DNA of 64,000 nucleotides from Myxococcales bacterium (lineage in GTDB: Bacteria; Myxococcota_A; Polyangia; Polyangiales; Polyangiaceae), in the NCBI GenBank assembly GCA_043747615.1, contig JAYTOU010000053.1, positions 1 to 64,000 of the forward strand. Direction: 5' to 3'. Within the stretch, counting starts at the first letter, position 1. The number at the start of each line of letters is the position of its first letter. The translations under genes and the position numbers were made by a program. The notes below the pieces were generated by a model. That model worked only from the letters and a program-made list of their open reading frames with translations, made no database searches and was not told the origin of the DNA. This document shows, one piece after another, positions 63,529 through 64,000 of the stretch.

Positions 63529-63973
63529 GGGATCCTTTGCCAAGGCCAAGCCTGATGAGCGGGCGGGCTTGCGGTACGCCGAGGGCCTCGGCCGGGGGTG
63601 GAATCATGATCCTTCGGACTGCGGGCGCCCCTGCGTAGAGGAGTGCGCCGATCGCCTTGAGGAGCATCGTGAGCTGCCGCACGAAGAAGATCGGACTCCC
63701 CAGGAGCGAGCCGACCACGAGCTCGCGCGACGCTTGATCGAGCCCGGCGATGGTGCGGAACTTTCCGATGACGAAGAGCGGAGCGAAGGCCACGATCCAG
63801 ATCGCTGCGCGAATGCCGAGCGCCGATTTGAAGGACGTCGCGCTTCGCACTTCACTCACGAACGCCTCTACGTCGAGATCGCAGATGCCGATCTTCGCGG
63901 GCCCACTCGCGGGGAAAATGGCTCCGAAAGCGCCACGTGCCCAGCGCGACTCGAGCTTGGTAAGTGTCCTCAT
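63509..63973 (-). CDS. hypothetical GMC-associated small protein
   Basis: 154-aa helical ORF overlapping the GMC start; resembles small dehydrogenase accessory subunits. Confidence 0.65.
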   Translation of the reverse strand: MRTLTKLESRWARGAFGAIFPASGPAKIGICDLDVEAFVSEVRSATSFKSALGIRAAIWIVAFAPLFVIGKFRTIAGLDQASRELVVGSLLGSPIFFVRQLTMLLKAIGALLYAGAPAVRRIMIPPPAEALGVPQARPLIRLGLGKGSHERKTA

Positions 63974-64000
63974 CGCCCCGTTACCCCTTTTTTTTGCTCG

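Overview
GC-rich, densely coding bacterial DNA. The gene repertoire (Hanks-type kinases, PEGA/TPR and vWA lipoproteins, type IV pilin) suggests a myxobacterium, an inference from gene content only. From left to right: a partial Ser/Thr kinase; a bufferin-like RiPP cluster (Cys-rich lipoprotein precursor, DUF692/MNIO enzyme, DUF2063 partner); a membrane zinc peptidase and lon; tsaB, a thiolase and a MoxR/RavA ATPase; a spermidine-synthase-like membrane protein; a cytochrome c deletion remnant; an M16 peptidase pair; pqqABCDE with a coupled MFS gene; an M1 aminopeptidase; mmsA; a pilin and vWA protein; an AHL-lactonase-like hydrolase; a kinase/PEGA cluster; and divergent tRNA-Leu(TAA) and tRNA-Thr(CGT) genes flanking an integrase remnant. 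The most striking feature is a 14.6-kb, five-gene operon (45389-60033) whose four junctions all overlap by 4 nt. It encodes a tandem-CapC fusion, a periplasmic protein, a putative zinc hydrolase lipoprotein, a 1502-aa lipoprotein with a probable beta-barrel, and a HEAT-like/CapB ligase fusion. Together these resemble a diderm, synthase-dependent synthesis and export system for poly-gamma-glutamate or a related polyamide. A GNAT/GMC oxidoreductase operon ends the window. No CRISPR array, rRNA or intact mobile element was seen. All calls come from motif recognition by eye; no searches were run.
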